From positions 1-36,063 of IMG/VR virus record IMGVR_UViG_3300011335_000174: 36,063 nt of DNA; one strand, 5' to 3'. Made by a program: the position numbers and the translations under genes. The notes beneath the pieces are model-generated. The model ran no database searches. It was not told where the DNA came from and was given only the letters and a program-made list of their open reading frames with translations. Below, in pieces: positions 1-7,682 of the stretch (the stretch's first letter is position 1; each line of letters starts with the position of its first letter). Source of the DNA: a virus (Duplodnaviria > Caudoviricetes).

Positions 1-247
1 CGTATCCGCTAGTAATCTTGTAAAGTTCCAAACCACTGGCTACATAACCAACACCGTTAAACGTCCACAACCCACGAATGGGACCAGTGCCAACGGTAGC
101 AAGAAGGGTCAAGCCTGGAGCGCGGTTGAGAAAAGCTGGCTCTTTGCCGCCCTCTGGCACAATCTCAGGAAACAGATTGACCATTCTGTTGTCGGCAGCG
201 TTAATGCTCCGAGCAACATACGCCGATCCCAGAATCGGCGTTTTCAT
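1..247 (-). CDS. P22 gp10-like packaged-DNA stabilisation / tail hub protein, 5' part (runs off window start)
   Basis: Hand translation from ATG at 247: MKTPILGSAYVARSINAADNRMVNLFPEIVPEGGKEPAFLNRAPGL..., open to base 1. TGATG coupling to the upstream adaptor gene; position matches the P22 gp4-gp10 order. Confidence 0.75.
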   Translation of the reverse strand, partial: MKTPILGSAYVARSINAADNRMVNLFPEIVPEGGKEPAFLNRAPGLTLLATVGTGPIRGLWTFNGVGYVASGLELYKITSGY

Positions 248-963
248 CAATAGTTACCAGCGTAGACGTTGAACCGCTGCCGTGTCGCCACCAGCGAGTA
301 CGGCATCGACATCACATCGTCAGGGTTGTTGATGCGCTTGAGGTTGCGCTTGCTGGTCATGGCAATGCGTTTAACCTGATCGGATGGCTCAACGCCAAAC
401 TCAGGCGCGATCTCCATTGCCAGATTGTAGGTAAACGCCCGCAGGTATCCTGGCGGGAAAGCAAGAATAGTCGCCAGTGTAGCCGGCGAGGAAAGTTCTT
501 CAACACTGATGAAGTGCCATTCCAAAACCCGCGTGGGCTTCGGGTAGATCGTCATCGTAATGTTGGGGTATTCCATGTTGATCCACATCACCTGTGGATA
601 AGTGGACGTTACGGTCTTGACCGCGATCCCGTCGTACTGCTGTTGATTGATGAACTTGATGCCGTACGACACGTTTGTAGACGGGTCGCGGAAATACGTT
701 GAATCATCCAGCAGGATCGGGCGGTTGCCAACAAAGTCACCAGACGGACCAAGCGTCTGCGTGATAAATCCTGGTGTCCAGAGATACGTCTGGTCTTGCG
801 TGTTGAACACTGACAAACGTTCAGTGTTCCATGAATCAATCATCTGATTCATTGCCATCAGTGAATCTTGCATCACTGACGCCGATGACGTTTCACCCTC
901 TGCTAGGACACCCAACAGACGCAGGGCGCGGTTGATCTGATCACCAGCCGAATATGTCGCCAT
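247..963 (-). CDS. Head-tail adaptor (P22 gp4-like)
   Basis: ATG at 963 after GAGG. INRALRLLGV...MNQMIDSW and YNLAMEIAPEFG motifs; lies between capsid genes and gp10-like gene. Confidence 0.7.
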   Translation of the reverse strand: MATYSAGDQINRALRLLGVLAEGETSSASVMQDSLMAMNQMIDSWNTERLSVFNTQDQTYLWTPGFITQTLGPSGDFVGNRPILLDDSTYFRDPSTNVSYGIKFINQQQYDGIAVKTVTSTYPQVMWINMEYPNITMTIYPKPTRVLEWHFISVEELSSPATLATILAFPPGYLRAFTYNLAMEIAPEFGVEPSDQVKRIAMTSKRNLKRINNPDDVMSMPYSLVATRQRFNVYAGNY

Positions 964-974
964 CGTAAACCTCA

Positions 975-1005
975 ATAAACGGGAGGAGGCTTGTGGCCCC
1001 CTCCC
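975..1005 (-). terminator. Probable intrinsic terminator after capsid/decoration genes
   Basis: Minus strand GGGAGGGGGC-CACAA-GCCTCCTCCC followed by GTTTATT; the U-tract is weak. Confidence 0.55.
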
Positions 1006-1011
1006 TCAGAC

Positions 1012-1419
1012 TTAGACGCGATAAACGACGTAAGTCGAATCGCCGGTCCGACGGAACATAAAGCGCCCGCTGGAAGTAGCAGAGATAGCAACAAGTGCGT
1101 TGCCACCGTCACTAACACCAGTACCAACAGCAAGCGCTGCCGTACCAGAACCAGTGCCCAAGTTTACCAGCGTTAGTTCAAACGTGCTGTTTACCTTGGC
1201 GCTAGACACCAGCGCGTCCAAAGACGCCCCGGTGGGTAGCGTGTAGGTTTGCGCGGCGGTAGCGCCCGAACCAACCAACAGAACACCAGACGCGACTTGC
1301 GCGGCGGTAAGAGTTGCCGTAGCAGCAACGGATTGAGGAGCGGCTTGGTAACCAAGAACAACTTCGTTCAGGTTACCGTCGCCAAGCTGGTAACCACCAG
1401 CACCGTTAGGGAGAGCCAT
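1012..1419 (-). CDS. Putative minor capsid/decoration protein
   Basis: 135 aa, A/G/T/S/V-rich, AAGGA SD, between capsid and terminator. Confidence 0.55.
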   Translation of the reverse strand: MALPNGAGGYQLGDGNLNEVVLGYQAAPQSVAATATLTAAQVASGVLLVGSGATAAQTYTLPTGASLDALVSSAKVNSTFELTLVNLGTGSGTAALAVGTGVSDGGNALVAISATSSGRFMFRRTGDSTYVVYRV

Positions 1420-1432
1420 GATTCAAGATCCT

Positions 1433-1750
1433 TTAAGGAAGATTTGCGTCAGTCAACGTGCTATCAGGACGCGCCACCAAGAAGGAATAAACCTGCGCGG
1501 CGGTTGGAGTGATAGACGATGCGGTAAAGTTGCCAAACGTGATCGCCAGCGTGTTAGCGGCAGACACTCGGCAGCCAACAATCCCAAGGCCCGCTTGGGC
1601 CGTGGGTTTGTTGCAAGACACATGGTCGCCGGGCTGAAGTCCGTTGACCGTGAATGTCTGTTCTGCCGAAGTGTTTGCGGCTACAGCGGCGGGCGACAGC
1701 GTTACTGAGATAACGCTTAGCTTGACGATGTTGCCGGTGTTGTAACTCAT
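1433..1750 (-). CDS. Putative capsid decoration protein (small beta-sandwich)
   Basis: 105 aa from ATG 2 nt after the capsid stop; alternating hydrophobic beta-strand pattern. Confidence 0.55.
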   Translation of the reverse strand: MSYNTGNIVKLSVISVTLSPAAVAANTSAEQTFTVNGLQPGDHVSCNKPTAQAGLGIVGCRVSAANTLAITFGNFTASSITPTAAQVYSFLVARPDSTLTDANLP

Positions 1751-1752
1751 GG

Positions 1753-2955
1753 TTAACCCCAGAGGCGGCAAGCCATTTGTGGACGGATCGTGCTAAAGCC
1801 ATACAGAACGTCAATACGACATGGCAGACGGTCGTTATTGATATCGTACTGGCGCACGACACGAAGGCTGATACCGTTATGCACTGCACGCGAAGCCATA
1901 TCAACCCCTTGAGGCAATAACAAATCTGCCGTAGCAAATGTAATTGCATCTTTATGGTAAACAAGGTTTTGCGGGTATTGCGTAGCAGCCGAGCCAAGCA
2001 TGGTCACAACAGCAGACGCTTGCGGGAAGCTATCAACCGTTGCCAGAGCATTGTCAGCGGTGTAAAGCGCTGGAGAAATGTTCAGGGTGGCGGTAGAAGA
2101 ACCAGTTGCGGCTTGAGTCACAACGAACTGCTGAAGCGAGCCAGTCGATTCGCGGGTCTGCGGGTTAACTGCGTACACGCCAGCAATGGTAAAGACGTCG
2201 CCGACGTTCCAGGTTTTGCTGGAGCCGGTGAACGAAATACCAAGCGTCGATTGGCCTTGCGTCGAAACCGTCGAAGTAACGGTGATTGAAGTGCCCCAGT
2301 TACCAGTCGTGTGCTGCTTGATCGACTGAGACATATTGATCTCGTCAAACCCGAGAACACCGGTGCCCATCATGCCGTTCTTGAACTGCTTGCTGATGGT
2401 ATCCGTTGGGTTGAACAGACCTTTCATGCCTTCAACCAGACCAGCGTTGGCAGCGGGATTAACCGTTGCGTAGCGTGGCGACATCACAGCAGCGGCTTCG
2501 TTTAGCTTTTGTTGCGCTTGCAGCAGGACCAGCGAAGTAGCTGGGGTTGTGCCTGGGGTTCCAACCGATGCGTAGATGTTCTTGTATGCATTGGCAACAT
2601 CGGCATCGATGCTGGAGGCCAACTGCGAGATACGCGGCTTGAGAACGCGCTCTGCGAAGTCATCCAACTGCATCGTCAGTTCGGCGCTGGTGAAGTTCAC
2701 GCCAATGTGCTTCTGGGTCGAAACGGTCAAGGTCGTGAACTGCTCGTTGTCGTCCTGAACTTGCAGGGCGGCGCCGTCAGTCACCAAAGCGCGGTCGGGC
2801 AGACGAATACGCAGGGTCGAACCAATCTTGGCACCTTCGACAGCAAAGCTGTCGTCGTACTGACGGTTCACGTTACGGGTGATCACAAGGTTGTTCTCAA
2901 GGATTTCGAGAGCCTTCCTGGTGATCATGTCAATCGTTAAGATAGAATTGGACAC
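1753..2955 (-). CDS. Major capsid protein, P22 gp5-like
   Basis: GTG start at 2955 with AAGGA 8 nt upstream. SNSILTIDMITRKAL, AKIGSTLRIRLP and RIDVLYG motifs; 400 aa. Confidence 0.92.
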   Translation of the reverse strand: MSNSILTIDMITRKALEILENNLVITRNVNRQYDDSFAVEGAKIGSTLRIRLPDRALVTDGAALQVQDDNEQFTTLTVSTQKHIGVNFTSAELTMQLDDFAERVLKPRISQLASSIDADVANAYKNIYASVGTPGTTPATSLVLLQAQQKLNEAAAVMSPRYATVNPAANAGLVEGMKGLFNPTDTISKQFKNGMMGTGVLGFDEINMSQSIKQHTTGNWGTSITVTSTVSTQGQSTLGISFTGSSKTWNVGDVFTIAGVYAVNPQTRESTGSLQQFVVTQAATGSSTATLNISPALYTADNALATVDSFPQASAVVTMLGSAATQYPQNLVYHKDAITFATADLLLPQGVDMASRAVHNGISLRVVRQYDINNDRLPCRIDVLYGFSTIRPQMACRLWG

Positions 2956-2984
2956 TTGCACATTCCTTATATCAATGGTAAGAT
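2956..2984 (+). promoter_or_regulatory. Sigma70-like promoter for the HNH gene
   Basis: TTGCAC-17 nt-TAAGAT with TGn extended -10, ending 32 nt before the ATG at 3017. Confidence 0.55.
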
Positions 2985-3016
2985 GAAGTCTTCACAATCA
3001 CCTAAGAAGGCACAAC

Positions 3017-3577
3017 ATGATTAGCTTTACGATGGACGGTATTGAATACCGTGTGTTTGACCATCTTTACGCTGTTTCGCGCTGCGGGAAAGTTCTTAGA
3101 AATTTGCACCCCTACATTCCTCACGTTCACACACAAGGATACCTTATGTTGGGCCGCGAGCGTCTTATGCATCGAGTTGTTGCGGCTTGCTGGCTGGATG
3201 ATTTTGATCCAGTTAAACAAGTCCATCACATTAACGGTGACAAGACTGACAACCGAGCCGACAACCTTGAGTGCGTCACTGCCAAAGAGCATTTTGGCGG
3301 TAGGCATCTTGATATATCTAGCAGGATTGGCAAATACCATCGGACCGAAGAGTCTCGGCAAAAAATGCGTGAGTTTCGCACTGGAGTCATTGACAGCGAA
3401 GAAACTCGCGGCAAAAAAGCCGCGATTCTTGCTGTTGTCGGCCCCAAAACTAAGTGCAGTTTTCAAGGTATTAGCTATCCGTCGGTCTGCGCTGGCGCTA
3501 GGGCGGCTGGAATTCCACCAGCCACTTTTCGCCAAAGATGCAAATCTAAGAACTTTCCTGATTACGAATTAAGTTAG
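3017..3577 (+). CDS. Free-standing HNH homing endonuclease with NUMOD-type DNA-binding modules
   Basis: HRVVA...VHHINGDKTDNRADNLE core, two HRTEESRQKM/DSEETRGKK NUMOD3-like motifs, C-terminal YPSVCAGARAAGI HTH-like segment. Confidence 0.88.
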   Translation: MISFTMDGIEYRVFDHLYAVSRCGKVLRNLHPYIPHVHTQGYLMLGRERLMHRVVAACWLDDFDPVKQVHHINGDKTDNRADNLECVTAKEHFGGRHLDISSRIGKYHRTEESRQKMREFRTGVIDSEETRGKKAAILAVVGPKTKCSFQGISYPSVCAGARAAGIPPATFRQRCKSKNFPDYELS

Positions 3578-4311
3578 CGATTCTGGGCTTGCCACTTCTT
3601 AGTCTGGCGCTGCCTTTCTGCTTCAATCCATTCCGAGGTAGTCATGGTCTTAGTAGACCGAGGATCGGTCGTATCATAACTAGGATTGCCTGAAGTTCTT
3701 GCAGTTACTGGACTAATTGGTGCGGGCGCTGATGTAGAACGTTTGACCGGAACATCTGTGGCTATTTTAGCCTCAATACGTCCGATCTCCTTTGCCTGCA
3801 AAATCGGGCTAAGACGGGAAATGCGATCAGCTTCTTTTGGATTGGACCCAAGATAGTAGGCTATATCAGGGCCAGCATCAGAGGCTTGAACCGCTTGCGC
3901 CATCACGGTCGTGATTTTAAGCGTTGGGTTGTACGCGACCTGTTCAAAGTCATCGTACTTCGTTCGCGCTTCTTCTTCACGGTCGTGATACTTTTCAAGA
4001 ATCTCCGCTTGCTGACGCTGCTGTTCTCGCTGTTCAATTAGTTTGATTGCTTTGGCTTCTGCATACGCATCAACCGAATCAAACTGATCTACTGGCGGAA
4101 CATCAACGGCAACGGGCGGCGGTGCTTGACGCTCACGCTCCCACTTTCGCTGTTCTCTTGCGAGGCGTTTCTGAATTGCCGCATCAAGTTCCTCTTGCGA
4201 GAATGTCTTGGGCGCAACTTCCGGCGTATCTACAGGTTCTGGAGTCGCCGTGACATCCAGTTCCGGCGCGGGCGCTACTTCCGCTTCAGACGCTACTACT
4301 TCTTCGGACAT
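3574..4311 (-). CDS. Capsid scaffolding protein
   Basis: 245 aa, acidic N-terminus, KTFSQEELDAAIQKRLARE coiled coil, C-terminal MTTSEWIEAERQRQ helix; upstream of capsid. Confidence 0.8.
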   Translation of the reverse strand: MSEEVVASEAEVAPAPELDVTATPEPVDTPEVAPKTFSQEELDAAIQKRLAREQRKWERERQAPPPVAVDVPPVDQFDSVDAYAEAKAIKLIEQREQQRQQAEILEKYHDREEEARTKYDDFEQVAYNPTLKITTVMAQAVQASDAGPDIAYYLGSNPKEADRISRLSPILQAKEIGRIEAKIATDVPVKRSTSAPAPISPVTARTSGNPSYDTTDPRSTKTMTTSEWIEAERQRQTKKWQAQNR

Positions 4312-4353
4312 TTTGAATCCTTGGATTCCCTGGTGTGCCGCGCCAGTACGGTT

Positions 4354-4382
4354 ATCTTACACTACGATATTCTGAGAAACAA
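4354..4382 (-). promoter_or_regulatory. Possible promoter for scaffold/capsid
   Basis: Minus strand TTGTTT-17 nt-TAAGAT; weak -35. Confidence 0.3.
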
Positions 4383-5264
4383 GGTCATGCTTGTTGTACT
4401 ATCCAAATAACCCATGCAACGCCACATTCCGCTCAACGCGGTGGTGTATGAAAGGTTGTTGTAGGTGCTTGTCGGAATCAGATACGAACCGGCAATATCG
4501 TTGCCCGGTTGGATAGCGCCAAACGGGAATGAACTTGCGCGGCAGAAACAATAAGTTCCAACAGCTAACGTGGTTGTTGGGACTAAACTTGGGGAACTAC
4601 TCCAAGTCGTGCCGTTACTGGTCAGTACGTTTCCAGCAGTGCCAGGAGCAACAAACTGCACAGTGCTTGTGCCGTTTCCAAGAACAACCGCGTTGGCGGT
4701 TAAAGAACTGGTTCCAGTGCCGCCGCTGGATACAGGAACGGGCGTCCCAGAATAAGCAATCGCCAACGTGCCAGTTGAAGTAACAGGACTGCCGGTGACG
4801 GTAAATGCTGCTGGCGCAGTAAGCGCAACTGAGGTTACACCACTGCCACCGCTTGCTGTAGCCGACAACGTGCCGCCAACAAAACTTAGGTTGGACCCGA
4901 TAACTACGTTGTTAAACCCACCGCTGCCATTGCCAGCAAGGATTGATGTTCCGCTAGTCAGGCCGTTTGCGCTGCCAATTCCGGGAATGTCATCGTAGGT
5001 CGCAATCGTGACACCATCGGAATCCTTGAGGATAAACTTGTACGTCAGCGTGGACGTTAGCCAAACCTCGTTACTTAGCCGCCCTGCCGAGTTCAGCACA
5101 ATCGGGTTGCTGTTAGCGGTCGTGCCAGCAGCGGTCGTGTAAGTTGCCAGCGGCGTGGTCGTGCCAGCCGCGTAGGTGTACAACAAACCACCCGCAAGCG
5201 GAACTCCGCTGTTGCTAAAGAACTGTTGCGCGGCCCCCGCTACGGGCGATAAGTTAACTGGCAT
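4362..5264 (-). CDS. Tail fibre/spike-like protein
   Basis: N-terminal QFFSNSGVPLAGGLLYTYAAGTTTP virion-attachment-type domain, GGTG fibre repeats, C-terminal GMWRCMG motif. Confidence 0.7.
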   Translation of the reverse strand: MPVNLSPVAGAAQQFFSNSGVPLAGGLLYTYAAGTTTPLATYTTAAGTTANSNPIVLNSAGRLSNEVWLTSTLTYKFILKDSDGVTIATYDDIPGIGSANGLTSGTSILAGNGSGGFNNVVIGSNLSFVGGTLSATASGGSGVTSVALTAPAAFTVTGSPVTSTGTLAIAYSGTPVPVSSGGTGTSSLTANAVVLGNGTSTVQFVAPGTAGNVLTSNGTTWSSSPSLVPTTTLAVGTYCFCRASSFPFGAIQPGNDIAGSYLIPTSTYNNLSYTTALSGMWRCMGYLDSTTSMTLFLRIS

Positions 5265-5700
5265 TTCCAGGCTCCGCTAAATTTTGTGAAGGCCAAACAA
5301 TGTTAAACGGATCTGTCTGCGTGGTAATGTCTCGCAACGCTTGCCGGTACGTTGCCCATGCTGCTTTATCAACCGGAGCGTCTGCCACCTGAGTCCAGTC
5401 CGTATCCTTGAGCATTTGATTACGTTGGTTACGAATAACCTGCCACTGCGTGTCGATACGCGCCTGAAGTTCTTCAGCAGTCAGCGGTTCTACATCAACC
5501 AGACAGCACATCCCATCAAACAGATGCGGGGCAGCAGAGACAAGTTTTTCGGTCTTCTGGTCGTGGTCTTTCCAGACAGAAAGGACGTAATAACCCTGCT
5601 CGGCAATCCAGTCCAAAGACGGACCACGGTCACCAAATGAGGTATTGGGAAACCACTCAGTGTGGTCCTTTATGATAAGTTCTGAGTTAGCAAGCTGCAC
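5254..5700 (-). CDS. Tail fibre assembly chaperone-like protein
   Basis: RNQMLKDTDWTQVADAP...WATYRQALRDIT...IVWP motif. Confidence 0.8.
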   Translation of the reverse strand: MQLANSELIIKDHTEWFPNTSFGDRGPSLDWIAEQGYYVLSVWKDHDQKTEKLVSAAPHLFDGMCCLVDVEPLTAEELQARIDTQWQVIRNQRNQMLKDTDWTQVADAPVDKAAWATYRQALRDITTQTDPFNIVWPSQNLAEPGNAS

Positions 5701-5702
5701 GA

Positions 5703-7682
5703 TTACCTCGTTGGGAATGCTGCTGTCGGCACGGAAAAGTTGGCGGTATATCTGGCGAAGCCCTTGGTAATACGTACATCTTGTAAATACCCCTGCAACA
5801 AACTGTTTGCACTTCCATTTGACGCCCCACCAACGCTAAAAGGAGTGGAAGCATTGGTTATAGCCGTTGCATAAGTACCAGAATTGCCGGCATCAGTTCC
5901 GTTTACAAAAGCCCTTACTGTCCCGCTTGTTCTAGAAATTGCAACGTGAGTCCAAGCGTTTAACGGAACAGCGGTAGTTGAAACGTAAGCGCCAGTAGTA
6001 GATGAAGTTATTTGAAAGTACAACAAACCCGTTGCTGTTAAACAAAACACCCAATCGGCGCTAACTCCGTATACTTGGCAACCCGCAATCTGAGAGCCAA
6101 AGTTTCCAGAACCAATTCTGGCCGTTGGGTAAACCCAAGCCTCGACAGTAAAGTTACCAGTACCAAATGCAAACCCTGGACTAGCAGGGGCCGTCAAATA
6201 ATCCGTAGTCCCGTTGAACTTCATGCTCGTCGGGGGCCACTTTGCTGTGATAGTAGTTGACGCCTGTGCGCTGCCTACTGTTATCTCATTGTTCTGGACC
6301 GCCGCGTCGTAGATTCCCGCGTTGGTGAAGTTGAGCAGCAGACTGGTGTTGGTGATTGCTGTTAGCGGGGTTGTGGGAACTGTAGTTAATGCAGTCCCCT
6401 TGAGAACCCTAAAGTCGCCAAAATACCCTTGATAAAAAGCTGCGGCGGTATCCGCCCCCAAAGACAAACTTTTGTTTGATGTTGTTGGAACAGAAGCGGT
6501 TGTGCCTAAAGACACTCCGTTTAGATATAGCGTTGTTGTTGCTCCACTTTTTACCAGAGCGTAAAATGACCAAGCGTTTAGTGGTGCGGCAGTTGCCGAA
6601 GAGATTGTTACCGAACCGTTTAGCAGGTAGTACAAATTACCCGCCGTTCCAATAGTGGCTAGTACAATCTTATTTCCTGCGGCAGAGCCTATATAAACTA
6701 TTACGTTGTTGGACGCAGAGTACGCTGTTGGGTAGTACCAGCCTTGAATGGTCCAATCGCCAGAAGTTAAATCTAATGCCGCCGTTGTAGCAGATGTTAA
6801 GTAATCACTTGACCCATTAAAATACCCACTCCCCCCATACGCCGCAGTGGTATACGATGCTGGCGGGGAGAACGGCTGGAAGGCTTGGACCTTGGGAGTG
6901 CTAACGACAGTGATTGTTCGATTGTTGCTGCTGTTATCAATAAACCGATTGGATTGGCAAGTAAGGAGCGACGTATTGGTAATTGCCGTCAGTGGCGTCG
7001 TGCTAGGAGTGAACGCGCTTGTGTAAACGGCTGAGCCAACAACAATCCGAAAGTTGGAAATGTAACCGCCAAAGAATCGAGAAGCAAAAAAGCTGCTGCC
7101 AATTCTGACGGTTGAGGTAGTGGTTATTGTCCCAGATGCTGTTGTAGTGTTTTGCAACGCACCGTTAATAAACAACCGAACCGTTGATCCACTTCTAGTA
7201 AGCGCAACGTGATTCCAAGTCCCGTTGTTTAACCCTGTTGACGTAGAAGTAAACGTAGAAACAGCGGTGCCAATAAAAACAACAATTTGCCCGTTATTTG
7301 CGCCGTTGTTTAGCAGGATTGTCCCGCCGGTGCTTCCAGTTTCGTCTGAATAAAGGCAAGCGTAGGTTGTGGTTGTGGTCGTGTTAAACCAGCATTCAAT
7401 TGAGAAATCACCGGCATACGACATGGCCCCTGACACGGTTGTTAGCGTGTCGGTGCTGCCGTTTAAATTGGTACTCCAATACCCATTGGGCCAGTACGGA
7501 GTCACAGAACCCTGCGTCGGGGTTCCGTTGCGGGTGATCGTGAAATTGTTGGTGCTGGAGTCTAAGAACGTGTTGTTTGTTTGCCCGTTAGTGCTGGTCG
7601 TTTCCAGCAGCAGCGGGACGTACGGGAAATATGGGTCTGTTGCCGTTGCGGCAAATTGCCCTGATTTAGATGCAGCAAACAT
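5703..7682 (-). CDS. Virion protein with three ConA-like lectin (LamG) domains
   Basis: Three repeats of GDFSIECW/GDWTIQGW/GNFTVEAW ... W.HVA..R.G.T.RLF.NG ... GY....RI; ends ARYTANFSVPTAAFP. Confidence 0.85.
   Translation of the reverse strand: MFAASKSGQFAATATDPYFPYVPLLLETTSTNGQTNNTFLDSSTNNFTITRNGTPTQGSVTPYWPNGYWSTNLNGSTDTLTTVSGAMSYAGDFSIECWFNTTTTTTYACLYSDETGSTGGTILLNNGANNGQIVVFIGTAVSTFTSTSTGLNNGTWNHVALTRSGSTVRLFINGALQNTTTASGTITTTSTVRIGSSFFASRFFGGYISNFRIVVGSAVYTSAFTPSTTPLTAITNTSLLTCQSNRFIDNSSNNRTITVVSTPKVQAFQPFSPPASYTTAAYGGSGYFNGSSDYLTSATTAALDLTSGDWTIQGWYYPTAYSASNNVIVYIGSAAGNKIVLATIGTAGNLYYLLNGSVTISSATAAPLNAWSFYALVKSGATTTLYLNGVSLGTTASVPTTSNKSLSLGADTAAAFYQGYFGDFRVLKGTALTTVPTTPLTAITNTSLLLNFTNAGIYDAAVQNNEITVGSAQASTTITAKWPPTSMKFNGTTDYLTAPASPGFAFGTGNFTVEAWVYPTARIGSGNFGSQIAGCQVYGVSADWVFCLTATGLLYFQITSSTTGAYVSTTAVPLNAWTHVAISRTSGTVRAFVNGTDAGNSGTYATAITNASTPFSVGGASNGSANSLLQGYLQDVRITKGFARYTANFSVPTAAFPTR

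Noticed and set aside
3002-3572. ORFs 3002-3535 (-) and 3042-3572 (+) overlapping the HNH gene
   Set aside because: No motifs; shadows of the frame with clear HNH signatures.
2962-3577. HNH as part of a group I intron
   Set aside because: Flanking genes are intact, the ORF is antisense, and there is no room for a ribozyme core.
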